From Pseudomonadota bacterium (GTDB taxonomy: Bacteria > Bdellovibrionota_F > JAHFAK01 > JBDREC01), in NCBI GenBank assembly GCA_043820105.1, contig JBDREC010000004.1, positions 5,682 through 69,681 of the forward strand: a stretch of DNA of 64,000 bases, in the 5' to 3' direction. The position numbers and the translations under genes were made by a program. The notes beneath the pieces are model-generated. The model was not told the DNA's origin. It saw only the letters and a list, made by a program, of their open reading frames with translations, and searched no databases. This document shows positions 1-9,794 of the stretch, piece after piece (positions within the stretch are counted from its first letter, which is position 1; each line of letters starts with the position of its first letter).

Positions 1-290
1 AAATATACTTTTTTAATTAAGCCTGCTTGAGCCCTGATTGATCTGCCAGATTCCAATAAAGAAGTTGAAAACCATCTCCATGGAAGAAGGGATAAAAAAA
101 CAAACAATAGATAGTCATTGCTTCCTTTTTTAAAAATGACTACAACTAAAAGATAATAAATTAGCATGAAAATCAAAGGATCAAGCATCCACCAGAGCCA
201 ACCAAAAATTGCTCCTTTATTTTTTATTTTAAGTTTCGCAAAAGTGCTGTGCTTAATAAATACTCTATATTTGAAGATGGTTTTTAACAT
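1..290 (-). CDS. ABC-2 type transporter permease, N-terminal part only; the gene continues beyond the window start
   Basis: Reverse-strand translation from ATG at 290: MLKTIFKYRVFIKHSTFAKLKIKNKGAIFGWLWWMLDPLIFMLIYYLLVVV... This matches the conserved N-terminus of ABC-2 (Wzm/KpsM/TagG-like) export permeases (KYRxxxLGxLWxxLxPLLxMxVY). An in-frame stop lies immediately upstream of the ATG. Confidence 0.6.
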   Translation of the reverse strand, partial: MLKTIFKYRVFIKHSTFAKLKIKNKGAIFGWLWWMLDPLIFMLIYYLLVVVIFKKGSNDYLLFVFLSLLPWRWFSTSLLESGRSIRAQAGLIKKVY

Positions 291-742
291 TAATTCTTAT
301 TTAATATTTAAAGATTAAGTTTTTCAAGGTATGATTAAAAAAGTCAAACATGTTTTTGCCAGAATAATGTGTAAGGGGACACGTTAGCCTTTATGTTCTT
401 GATAAGGTATAATTAACTTGAGACATATTATCCTCAAAATATAATTTGTATTTTATTATTGCTTTTATAAGTGCCCGCCTGTAAAGTCTTTTTCACAGCT
501 AGACTTTTTGGTACGATAATTGCAGTTTGAAGAAATCTAGAAAAATTATAAATTAAATATAGGTATAACAACCAATGTCACAATAATATCTAATCATTTT
601 TACGTTCAGTAATTTTATAAATCATGCGATTTTCATTGAATATTTTAAGCAACTGCAACTTGCTGCTTGTAAAGCTATACCTACAGCTTGCTGTTTCATT
701 AATACATCAATTCTATCGCATAATAAAAATGAGGATATTATT

Positions 743-1360
743 ATGTTATCTGCAATATTATTAAATAATATTTCTATACATTCAGAAATAATTGAGTGGC
801 GCTTGGTTCCAACATCTGTACCAAAGGTGAAATGGCTTTGTGGTGGGTGTAAGAGTGCAAGCTTATTTGAATCAACTGGGAAATTTAGAGTTAATGCTCA
901 AAAAAAGACAATTGATGTTTGGCTTATTTATAGCTGCACAAACTGTGGTCATACTTGGAATGCTTCTATTTATAAACGAGTTTCTGCAAAGAATCTAAGC
1001 GCAGAGGAGTTTTTGAGCTTTCAAAGAAATGACGAACCTCTGGCTTTAAAATACGCCTTTGATTTTGAAATGCTTAAAAGAAATAGTGCAATTATTGATC
1101 AAGATATTGAATTTGAAGTTCTTGGCAAGGATTTAAATTTAAAAAATCTTGCATGCAATAGTGAAATCTCTATTGTCATAAAAGGTGCTTATCCTGTTGA
1201 CCTAAGGCTTGATAAAATTCTATCTCAAAAGTTGGGAGTAAGCAGAAATGAACTTAAAAAGCTCATTGATTCTGGCAAAATTCAAATTGCGCCTAAAAAG
1301 AAAGGTCTTAAAAGAAGCTTAAAAGAGGATCTTTTTATTACGATTAAACTTAATAACTAA
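743..1360 (+). CDS. DUF1062-like protein with a C-terminal S4-like RNA-binding segment
   Basis: N-terminal pattern WxLxP...WxCGGC...GKFRVNAQKKxxDVWLIYxCTNCxHTWN is typical of DUF1062. C-terminal RLDKILSQKLGVSRNELKKLIDSGKIQI resembles an S4 domain. GAGGA RBS 8 nt upstream. Confidence 0.5.
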   Translation: MLSAILLNNISIHSEIIEWRLVPTSVPKVKWLCGGCKSASLFESTGKFRVNAQKKTIDVWLIYSCTNCGHTWNASIYKRVSAKNLSAEEFLSFQRNDEPLALKYAFDFEMLKRNSAIIDQDIEFEVLGKDLNLKNLACNSEISIVIKGAYPVDLRLDKILSQKLGVSRNELKKLIDSGKIQIAPKKKGLKRSLKEDLFITIKLNN

Positions 1361-1389
1361 GATATGTTTTTATTAAATTAATCTTAATT

Positions 1390-2658
1390 TTAATTCAATT
1401 GCTCTATCAAATCTATTGCTCTTTTAACTCCATTCTCATTTCTCATAATCTCTGCTGCTTTGACTGCATTTATTTCAAGCTCCTTGGATTCAAGAGACAT
1501 TTGAATTAAAATTGCAAGCTTTTGGGATGTTAAATTCTTTCTATTAATAGATCCTTTTGAAACGTGAATTCTTTTTAATTCTTTTGCCCAAAAAAATTGA
1601 TCCAGAACATGAGGGACAACTATTGATGGAACGGAAGCTAAGACACTTGATTGTGTTGTGCCAGCACCACCATGATGTATTATTAAAGAACATTTTGGGA
1701 AAATTGACTGATGATTGGCACTTGTTACAGGATAAATATTTTTGTCATCTGTCTTGTAATTCAGTTGATCCCACTCGGATTGAAGAATTGCTCGAACACC
1801 TGCTTTTTTTATTGCTTCTATTAATATTTTTGTTGTTTCTTCTGCATATTCGACGCTCACTCCCATCATACTTCCAAAGGTTATATAAATTGGTTTTTCT
1901 CCTGCATTTAAAAATTCTTCTAATCCATCAGGTAATGCCTTATCTTCACCCTCAATTGGCATATTAAAAAAACCACAAATTTTGTGATGATCACTCCAGT
2001 CAGATTGTTTTTCGCATAAAAGAGAACTGATGGCCAAAAGGTTTAAGGTGTTTGAAGAAAAGGCATCTGGAAGCATTTTGTTTATTGGTTTTAAGCCTTC
2101 TTGTAGTCTTAGTTCGTTAAACCTTTTTGAAAAATAAATACTGGTTAATATTTCAGCTGTTTTCCAGAGAAAGGGATTGAAAAATTTTCCTAGATTCGGC
2201 ATGCCACTTGGGGGAATGAATTTTGTTGGAATAGCATTGTAATTTAAGCCAACAGATACATGTTTTTTTTGAAAAAGCTCAGCTGCATTTTTTAATGGAT
2301 GTACAGTAAAGTGACCAATTAAGAGGTCATTTTTTTGACATAGGGCTTTTGAAAACTCGGTCATATCTTTCAAAAAGGGATCATAAATTGCTTCCCAAAT
2401 AATTGATAGATGCTTCATTATGTTGTTAGTTTTTGAAGCTTTTAAAACAAGGTGTTTCATTTTGTCGTGATCAATAATCAAATGACCAACTTTGGAAATT
2501 GAAAACCCAAACTTCTTTGCATAATGGGAATAATCTTTGTTATCACTACTTGAAATGCCAAGAGTAACTTCGTGACCTGCTTCATGTAGGCCCGCTGACA
2601 AGGCGACCATTGGCCGAACATCACCTTCAGATCCCCATGTTTGCAATCCAATTTTCAT
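1390..2658 (-). CDS. GT1-family (UDP-glycosyltransferase/MGT-like) glycosyltransferase
   Basis: N-terminus G.QTWGSEGDVRPMVALSAGLHEAGHEVTL and C-terminal HHGGAGTTQSSVLASVPSIVVPHVLDQFFWA give the GT1 nucleotide-sugar binding signature. Confidence 0.75.
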   Translation of the reverse strand: MKIGLQTWGSEGDVRPMVALSAGLHEAGHEVTLGISSSDNKDYSHYAKKFGFSISKVGHLIIDHDKMKHLVLKASKTNNIMKHLSIIWEAIYDPFLKDMTEFSKALCQKNDLLIGHFTVHPLKNAAELFQKKHVSVGLNYNAIPTKFIPPSGMPNLGKFFNPFLWKTAEILTSIYFSKRFNELRLQEGLKPINKMLPDAFSSNTLNLLAISSLLCEKQSDWSDHHKICGFFNMPIEGEDKALPDGLEEFLNAGEKPIYITFGSMMGVSVEYAEETTKILIEAIKKAGVRAILQSEWDQLNYKTDDKNIYPVTSANHQSIFPKCSLIIHHGGAGTTQSSVLASVPSIVVPHVLDQFFWAKELKRIHVSKGSINRKNLTSQKLAILIQMSLESKELEINAVKAAEIMRNENGVKRAIDLIEQLN

Positions 2659-2773
2659 TTATCTTCCTTGGAATATAAAAGAAATATAGTTTAGCATTTT
2701 CTCATTTGACTTATCAATAAATAATTAATCTATACTCTGTTCATGGAAATTTACAGGAATTGAATTATAAACT

Positions 2774-3862
2774 ATGATGCGATTAAAAAAAAATGAAATT
2801 GATGTCTTAAATTCTTTAAAACTAGAAATTTTAAAAAATGGGTATGATTTTGATCAAACTATAAAGTTTTGTAATGAGGTGAAGTGTAAAATAAGAGATG
2901 AAAAATTTACCTTTACTTATGCGGCCTCCTTATTTGCAAACCAAAAAGATATTAATAATACAATTAAGCTTTTAAATTTTAATGATGAGCCCTTTTCAAG
3001 AGTTTTAAAAAAATATCTAATTGAATCAAATTCTTTTGAACCAGCAGCAATTGTTTTTAAAGATACTTCACCCTATGATGCCTTTGTTAAAACAAATTTT
3101 TACAAAGAGCATAAAAAAAACACTATAAATGCAATAAGGGAATTTGCTAAAGACAATAGACCAAATCATGTGAATGGTGAAATAAGTATTTTAGATGTTG
3201 GTTGTGGAAATGGAATTATGCTGGCTGATATTGTTAATTCCATTGCGAGTTTTCATGGTATAAGAAAATTAAATATTGTGCTCCTTGATCCTTCTTGTGA
3301 GATGTTAAAATCTGCAAAAAAATATTGTGAGGAAAAAATCAATTTTGAAATTGATATAATTTGCATCAACAGTTCCGCGCAAGATTTAACTATGCAAGAC
3401 TATGATTTAATAAAGAGTAAAAAACCTTATTGGTTTATTAATTCAGCTTTTGCATTTCATCACATGCCTTGTGATAAGAAAATTGAAGCATTAAAAAAAC
3501 TTAAATCTATATCAAGTAAATTTCTTTTAACAGAAGTTCATTTTAATCATGATTTGCCTCAAAAAGATTCGCCAGAACTAGTTTATTCTGTTTATAAATT
3601 TTATGGCTTTATTTTTAATGATATTATAAATAGCCCTTTATCAGAACTTGAGAAAAAATCTAGTATGTATCAATTTATGCTAGCAGAAGCAATTAACATC
3701 TTAAGCAAAGAACGTGGAAAAAGGATCGATTATCATACACCTATTGAGCATTGGAAAGAAATCTTTGAACTTTCTGGGTTTCGTGAGAAAAAAACACATA
3801 AAGTAGTAACTTGTCAGGATGGTATTCTTACATTTGTTATGGAAGCTGAAGCAGCTTATTGA
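2774..3862 (+). CDS. Class I SAM-dependent methyltransferase
   Basis: Motif I ILDVGCGNGIMLADIV plus an acidic post-I residue (LLDPS). Substrate unknown. Confidence 0.6.
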   Translation: MMRLKKNEIDVLNSLKLEILKNGYDFDQTIKFCNEVKCKIRDEKFTFTYAASLFANQKDINNTIKLLNFNDEPFSRVLKKYLIESNSFEPAAIVFKDTSPYDAFVKTNFYKEHKKNTINAIREFAKDNRPNHVNGEISILDVGCGNGIMLADIVNSIASFHGIRKLNIVLLDPSCEMLKSAKKYCEEKINFEIDIICINSSAQDLTMQDYDLIKSKKPYWFINSAFAFHHMPCDKKIEALKKLKSISSKFLLTEVHFNHDLPQKDSPELVYSVYKFYGFIFNDIINSPLSELEKKSSMYQFMLAEAINILSKERGKRIDYHTPIEHWKEIFELSGFREKKTHKVVTCQDGILTFVMEAEAAY

Positions 3863-4397
3863 TTTTATCTAGCTTCTTAATTTTTCCCCATTTCTTTTTA
3901 TTAATCTTCATTCTTACAAGGTCCCAGGTTTCATCATCTGACCACCTTACATCATTTTCAAGATAATCAAATTGCTCAAAACCAAGTTTTTTATATAAGC
4001 CCAATGCTACTAAATTAAAAGCAAAAACCTTTAGGTTCACTTCATTCATTTTTAATTTGTAAAAGGCATGATCTAGGGTTAGTGCAACTAAATTAAGTCC
4101 ATAATATTTCCCTGGTTGACCTACTATAATTCTACCAATAGTACATATCTTTTCTTTGTAATCTATTCTTAAAATTTGACTATGACCTATGGTTTTGTTG
4201 TCTGCAGTTTCTGTTGCTTTAAATAAATAAATTAATGGAGGATTTTTGTTTGTCTTTAGAAACAAATTGTTAAGTTGCTTATGATCAAGGGGAAAAGATA
4301 ATTTTATTCCTCCCCACTGCATCAAGAATTTTTCATCAGGGATCCAATTTATTAATAAGTAAAAATCGGTTTTTCCAAATGGTTTAAGTTTTATCAT
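3837..4397 (-). CDS. GNAT family N-acetyltransferase
   Basis: Acetyl-CoA binding motif region GQPGKYYGLNLVALTLDHAFYKLKMNEVNLKVFAFNLVALGLYKKLGF, as in RimJ/RimL-like GNATs. Confidence 0.7.
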   Translation of the reverse strand: MIKLKPFGKTDFYLLINWIPDEKFLMQWGGIKLSFPLDHKQLNNLFLKTNKNPPLIYLFKATETADNKTIGHSQILRIDYKEKICTIGRIIVGQPGKYYGLNLVALTLDHAFYKLKMNEVNLKVFAFNLVALGLYKKLGFEQFDYLENDVRWSDDETWDLVRMKINKKKWGKIKKLDKINKLLQLP

Positions 4398-4552
4398 CCA
4401 TTAGCCTTTAATTTATATAATAATTTTAAATATTTATTTTGTTTTGTCGATTTATATTTTTGTAACATAAATCACTTTTTTTTTAATCATACTTATGATA
4501 TGATATTAATAATATATACAATATATTAGTATAAAAGGGAGGGGTTGGTCCT

Positions 4553-6868
4553 ATGTTGCTTTTATATATTAAATCAACAGGTTATAAGATGGTTAAAAAT
4601 TCTGCTATTGCTTTTAAATTAAGGCTGGCAAGAAAAATGTTAATAATTACAGTTGCTTTGCTGGCTTTAACTATTCTGTTATTTTCAGGCTGTTTGCAAG
4701 GTGAAAATGGCCAGCCTAATTCAGGAACAAGCGGAAATGTGAATGATTCTGAAGGAATAGAGGAAGATAGTATTACAACAGAAGATGATTTAGGTATTGT
4801 TGATTCTGCAGATGTAACTGAGGCAATAGAAGATGCTATTGATAGTATAACATCTCCTGTAAATCTTCCGGTGCCTAGCGAAATAGATGAAGTTGATTAT
4901 GCTTTTACCATTTCTGCAAATCTCCCAGTAACAGACATTGAATCCTCGGCTAAGTTAAGTGATTTTAGTTTAATTTCTAGAAATGATATTATTTCCAGGA
5001 ATGACAATAATCCAGGAAATTCTTCATATTTATCTAAATCTAAAAAACTAAAATATTCAACTTTAGCTTCACCAGCTATAGCTTGTGTTAAGATTGAACA
5101 AGATAGAGTTAGCGGAGAGCTTACAACTAAAGCCTATATTGCAGAAGAAGATGGAACTGTTGTAATCTTTTGGGAGGATTTTCCAGATGAAGTAAATACA
5201 ACTTTTTCAATTTATGTAAAAGATGAAACTTATGGTTGGATACATTTTGAGGATATTGTTACTGAAAGTGATTTAGATGAAGTTTATCATTCAATCGATT
5301 TTTCTAGCTATAGTTCTTCAATTGATTTAGGAAGTTTAGCAATTGAAAACTCAAAACTTATTTCTTCTAGCTCTCTAAATTTAACAAGTTCTCCTGATCC
5401 TGTTGGAGGATTATCTTCTGTTTCTGAGTTTTATGCCTATGGGCACATTACTCAAAGAATAGGCACTGATGATTCAAATACTCTTTATGCAATTACTACT
5501 GATGGATCTGATGTTACAACATGGCTTTTTAATCAGTCACAATTTCTAGATGATGGATATACAAATAATGGTAATTCTGCAAATCTAATTATTACTCCAA
5601 GTGATCTGGCTATTGAGGGGTCCTTTAAACAAACAATTGTGGTTAGTGATGAAGATTATACTTCTTTTTACGCCACATTTTTTAATACCCATTTAATAGA
5701 TTCAACTCTAGATATTAATACCTCTAGTCCTGTATCTTATATGCCTCCAGATGCAATTCACTATGAAGCGGATGATTTTTTAAGAGGGAAACTTTTAGCA
5801 TTTGGGGATAGTCGGAACAAAATATTTTCAGCAGGTGCTTCCAAGTCAATAACAGGAGGGCATGGTGATTATGCTGTCTGGCATTCTTTTACAAGCTCAG
5901 GCATTCTGGTTTCTCCTGAGGTTTATCATGATAATGTGGAAGCAATAGCCCAAGGTATTTATTATGGAGGCACAACTGATGCTGATACAGATGGAACAAA
6001 CTTTGTAATTGCCAATAAGGGCGCTGGAGGAAAAAAGATTGTAGCCAGGTTAATAAATTCTTCCTATAGTATTACTACTACAAAAATATTTGAAGCAAGC
6101 TCAAGCATTTCAGATCCAAGAGTTGCCGTAAATAATTATGGCCATGGTATTATTGTTTTTAAGGCAGATGGAGATTTATATTACTCAATTATTGATACAA
6201 ATGAGGCAAGTATTTCAGATGCAATTCTTTTTGATCTTGCTTCTTTTAATTGTACTTCAGATGGATTTATAGACGTAGTTGTTTTAAACTCTGATAAAGT
6301 AATAATTAAAAATGGTTATAATGCACAGTCAAAAGTTTGTTTAATCGCCTCAGATTACTCTGAGGAGGGACTTGATTTTACAGACTCCTGGACAAAAAAT
6401 CCTTCAGTAGCTTCAAATTACTCAAAACTTGGCTCTATATATGATAAAGACATGCTTGCCTTAATCCACGGATGGCAGCCTGGTTATGGAGAAGCTCTTA
6501 AAATAACAAAATATAATAAAGATGGCTTATCTGATAATGAAAATGGAATTACCATTATAACTTCAGATAGTTCTACTGTCCGAGCTCCAAAGCTAACCAG
6601 TATAAGTGTTTCAGGTGATGCGCAAGGTCGAATTCTTGCTTCTTGGATTGCACAAGTTCCAAATGAAAGCACAGCTTATGTCTATGCAGTTGTTTTTACA
6701 GCCAATGGAGATGTTATTAATTCTGACGATGATAAATTTTTGGTTAATTCAGGAGTATTGAATTATCTTGAAAATGTTTCAGGAGCAATGCTTGATAATG
6801 GGAAATTTGTGATTACCTATACCTTGGCTGGTTCTACCAGTAACTATCTATACAACTTAAGCCTTTAG
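4553..6868 (+). CDS. Large lipoprotein of unknown function, member of the ISRND-motif family
   Basis: Strong RBS GGGAGGGG. Lipobox LLFSGC. Acidic/Ser-rich linker followed by LISRNDIISRND. No recognised catalytic domain. Confidence 0.6.
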   Translation: MLLLYIKSTGYKMVKNSAIAFKLRLARKMLIITVALLALTILLFSGCLQGENGQPNSGTSGNVNDSEGIEEDSITTEDDLGIVDSADVTEAIEDAIDSITSPVNLPVPSEIDEVDYAFTISANLPVTDIESSAKLSDFSLISRNDIISRNDNNPGNSSYLSKSKKLKYSTLASPAIACVKIEQDRVSGELTTKAYIAEEDGTVVIFWEDFPDEVNTTFSIYVKDETYGWIHFEDIVTESDLDEVYHSIDFSSYSSSIDLGSLAIENSKLISSSSLNLTSSPDPVGGLSSVSEFYAYGHITQRIGTDDSNTLYAITTDGSDVTTWLFNQSQFLDDGYTNNGNSANLIITPSDLAIEGSFKQTIVVSDEDYTSFYATFFNTHLIDSTLDINTSSPVSYMPPDAIHYEADDFLRGKLLAFGDSRNKIFSAGASKSITGGHGDYAVWHSFTSSGILVSPEVYHDNVEAIAQGIYYGGTTDADTDGTNFVIANKGAGGKKIVARLINSSYSITTTKIFEASSSISDPRVAVNNYGHGIIVFKADGDLYYSIIDTNEASISDAILFDLASFNCTSDGFIDVVVLNSDKVIIKNGYNAQSKVCLIASDYSEEGLDFTDSWTKNPSVASNYSKLGSIYDKDMLALIHGWQPGYGEALKITKYNKDGLSDNENGITIITSDSSTVRAPKLTSISVSGDAQGRILASWIAQVPNESTAYVYAVVFTANGDVINSDDDKFLVNSGVLNYLENVSGAMLDNGKFVITYTLAGSTSNYLYNLSL

Positions 6869-6992
6869 ATTTTTCTCTAATTTTTAATTTTGTAATATTA
6901 ATCACTATTGTTTCTTTTTATTGTATGATATAATTTATATATACACACATTTTTGTGTCTGATGCAGGGGAGCAATTTTAAGGGGGTAGAAA

Positions 6993-8483
6993 ATGGGGAA
7001 GTGCTGTATTTGTTTTATATCATTGTGTATTTTTCTTTCATGCTCGTCCTTCAATAACTTTGATTATCGATTTTTAGTTGGGTCTTCATCATCTGGCGAT
7101 GAGTCCTATTTAATTTTATCAGGTATTATAACCAGAAATGATCTGCAAAACATTGATAACATATTAACAAGAAATGATCTTTTTCTTAATCGTGAGATTC
7201 TTGAAGTAAATAATGTTGCTATTGATAGTTTAGGCAGTGATTCTGATGAAATTATTCAAAGAAATGATTTATCTGCCACTTTATCAGAAGACATTCTAAT
7301 TAAATCAACATCACTTTTCATGACTTGTGATGCAATTTTGTCAATTAAAAGCTCAAAAGGTTATGAAGAAAGTGATGAAATTAATCTCTATGATTCAAAT
7401 TTCTTATATGCTGATGTGGATTCAGATGGCTATTTTGAGATAAAGGTTTACGCCAGTTCTTACATCGCCCAGCTAACCAATTTTACAATTAGAAATGAAC
7501 TTACTGGAGATCCAATTGTTTCATTTAATTTTCAAAAGGGCAGTGCGCTTTTTGAAGGAATTGAAATGCAAGATGCTGACATCGATTTGGGTGAAATCAG
7601 GTTTAGTTCAGAAAGAGCCAGTATTGATATTAATGATATTCCTGATATTATTGGTATTGAAGAAATAGATGTAGAAGATTCAATTGATGATGAAGCATCA
7701 TTGGAAGCCGGTAGTGAAAACGCTCAAGGGGAAAATGTTTTGACAGATAAAAATGAAAATGAAGATGAAGAAGAAGTTGAGACATATCAGTCCTGCAATA
7801 ATTTAGATTCTATAGATAGCTTATTTTTATCTACTAATATTGATGAAAATGAAGGAAGTATAATCTCAGATTATTCATCTTCTGAAAATGAAGGAACATT
7901 ATACAATGGTTCTTGGGGAAATGGTTCTATTGTAGATGGTATGCAAACAACTTACTTTGATGGCAGCTCAACATTCATTCGTTTTCCTGATATTGGACCA
8001 GCCTTAGAGGATGAAATTACTGTTATGGCATGGGTAGATAGGGCCTCTATATCTTTAGGAGATACAATTATAAGTAAATGGAATATGGATCAAAATGATG
8101 GCGATTCTTTCTTTTTATCTGTTGGTTGGGATGCTGCTTCATTTATGGTTGATACCTGGAATGGATCATATAACGAAGGTGAAGCTATTCATATAAACTC
8201 TAATCGACAGTGGTATCACATTGCAGGTTCTTATACAAAAAACACAATTAAGCTTTATGTAAATGGAGAGCTAATTGGCAGTCAAAATATATCAGGTGAC
8301 GATTTAAAATATGATGCTACAATTCCTTATGATATTGGAAAACAATATAATCCAAATGATGAAGATAGTGAAGACAACTATTGGTTCAAGGGATATATAT
8401 CAGGAGTAAAGGTTTTTAATACAGAAATTTCTGAAGAAGCAATATCTGCATATTATGAGTGTATGGATAATTTTGTAGATTAA
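6993..8483 (+). CDS. Lipoprotein with C-terminal LamG/concanavalin A-like lectin domain, ISRND-motif family
   Basis: Lipobox FLSCSS. IITRNDL/ILTRNDL/IIQRNDL repeats. C-terminal YFDGSSTFIRFPD...TVMAWV...WYHIAGSYTKNTIKLYVNGELIGS matches the Laminin_G_3 pattern. Confidence 0.7.
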   Translation: MGKCCICFISLCIFLSCSSFNNFDYRFLVGSSSSGDESYLILSGIITRNDLQNIDNILTRNDLFLNREILEVNNVAIDSLGSDSDEIIQRNDLSATLSEDILIKSTSLFMTCDAILSIKSSKGYEESDEINLYDSNFLYADVDSDGYFEIKVYASSYIAQLTNFTIRNELTGDPIVSFNFQKGSALFEGIEMQDADIDLGEIRFSSERASIDINDIPDIIGIEEIDVEDSIDDEASLEAGSENAQGENVLTDKNENEDEEEVETYQSCNNLDSIDSLFLSTNIDENEGSIISDYSSSENEGTLYNGSWGNGSIVDGMQTTYFDGSSTFIRFPDIGPALEDEITVMAWVDRASISLGDTIISKWNMDQNDGDSFFLSVGWDAASFMVDTWNGSYNEGEAIHINSNRQWYHIAGSYTKNTIKLYVNGELIGSQNISGDDLKYDATIPYDIGKQYNPNDEDSEDNYWFKGYISGVKVFNTEISEEAISAYYECMDNFVD

Positions 8484-9505
8484 TTTTCTAAATAAAAGTC
8501 ATATATTTTTTTTACACCCGTTTCGTCAAAATCTTTATTAAAAATCATAATTTCATCAATAATACCGTAATAATGATCACCTAAACTTTCAAGACTTGCT
8601 ACATAATCTTCTTTAAAAACAGGACTACAGGCTTCATTGTCATTAATTAAAGATATGTCCTCTTGTCTGTTTTCAATTAATTCTCCGTTTAAAAAAAATG
8701 AAACTTCGAGGATATTTTCAGATATTGCTTTGACGCTAATTCCAACAAACTGAAATGTGTTTTTTTCAAAAGAATAATATGCATCTGTGTTTATATTTAA
8801 ACCACAGCCTTCTATTGATCCCAAATCAAGTCCTGGTCTAAATGATGGAAGGATGTTGCTGTTTTCATCTTGTTCTAAAGCAGCGATAAAAGAAAATGAT
8901 CCACCTCGAATAATTGTTTGTAGATTGTTTAAAATCCTTGTTTCAGTATCCAGACTAATCCACGCAAAGAAAGAAGCACTATCACCAAGCTTAAGACTGT
9001 TGCCAGTATTGCCGTTTACATCATGCATGATTTTTAAAGGATCTGTAAATCCATTTAAATAATAACATTCTCCGCTTGGGCATCTAGAGTTATCTTCAAT
9101 ATATTCATTATGATTTTCAAGATCAACCATTTCACCATATTCTTCAGTGTGCCATGTATGTGTATGGTCAGAAACCCCTATACTGCAGCCATTATGAAAG
9201 TAAAAAGTAAAATCAGTGTCCGCTGTATCATAATTTGGATCTGTTTTTACATACATGGAGTCTTCATAGGAGGTTCGCTTATCAAGATCAAATGAATAAT
9301 ATTCAATGAGTCCATCAACAAGGCCACATCCAATTTCAAATTGTTCACTGGTATCTTGGAGATTGCTTGATGAGCCAAATGGATTGTCTAAATTGCTTGA
9401 GCTACATGATTCTTCGTTGTTAAGCAAAAGTAAAAGTCCATTGGCATAAAGATAAAATGGAAGCAGTAAAAAAAGCGTGATTTTGATGCAGAATTTCATT
9501 TGCAC
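8480..9505 (-). CDS. Secreted LamG/concanavalin A-like domain protein
   Basis: Signal peptide MQMKFCIKITLFLLLPFYLYANG. LKLGDSASFFAWISLD...NTFQFVGISVK...VSFFLNGELIEN is a LamG-like fold signature. Confidence 0.65.
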   Translation of the reverse strand: MQMKFCIKITLFLLLPFYLYANGLLLLLNNEESCSSSNLDNPFGSSSNLQDTSEQFEIGCGLVDGLIEYYSFDLDKRTSYEDSMYVKTDPNYDTADTDFTFYFHNGCSIGVSDHTHTWHTEEYGEMVDLENHNEYIEDNSRCPSGECYYLNGFTDPLKIMHDVNGNTGNSLKLGDSASFFAWISLDTETRILNNLQTIIRGGSFSFIAALEQDENSNILPSFRPGLDLGSIEGCGLNINTDAYYSFEKNTFQFVGISVKAISENILEVSFFLNGELIENRQEDISLINDNEACSPVFKEDYVASLESLGDHYYGIIDEIMIFNKDFDETGVKKIYDFYLEN

Positions 9506-9794
9506 TCCGTATAAAATGTTTTGTGTAATTAATAACTTACAAGAATAATATATGCTTTTTGAATTCGGTTTTAAGTTTTATAACAAAGATTTTTAATAAT
9601 GTCAAATCATCAAAAAGTCAAAAAGTTGGCAGCCAACGTTCAATCCAAAATGGCTCACTCATTTTTAAGCTCATTCACACTTGACCTTTTATATGAAACT
9701 GATAATAAGCAAAATGCTGCAGACAAAAGCCTTAAGTTGTTAGCTGAAGGCTGATCGCTGAAAGCTGATTGCTTATTACTAATAGGTGCTAAAT

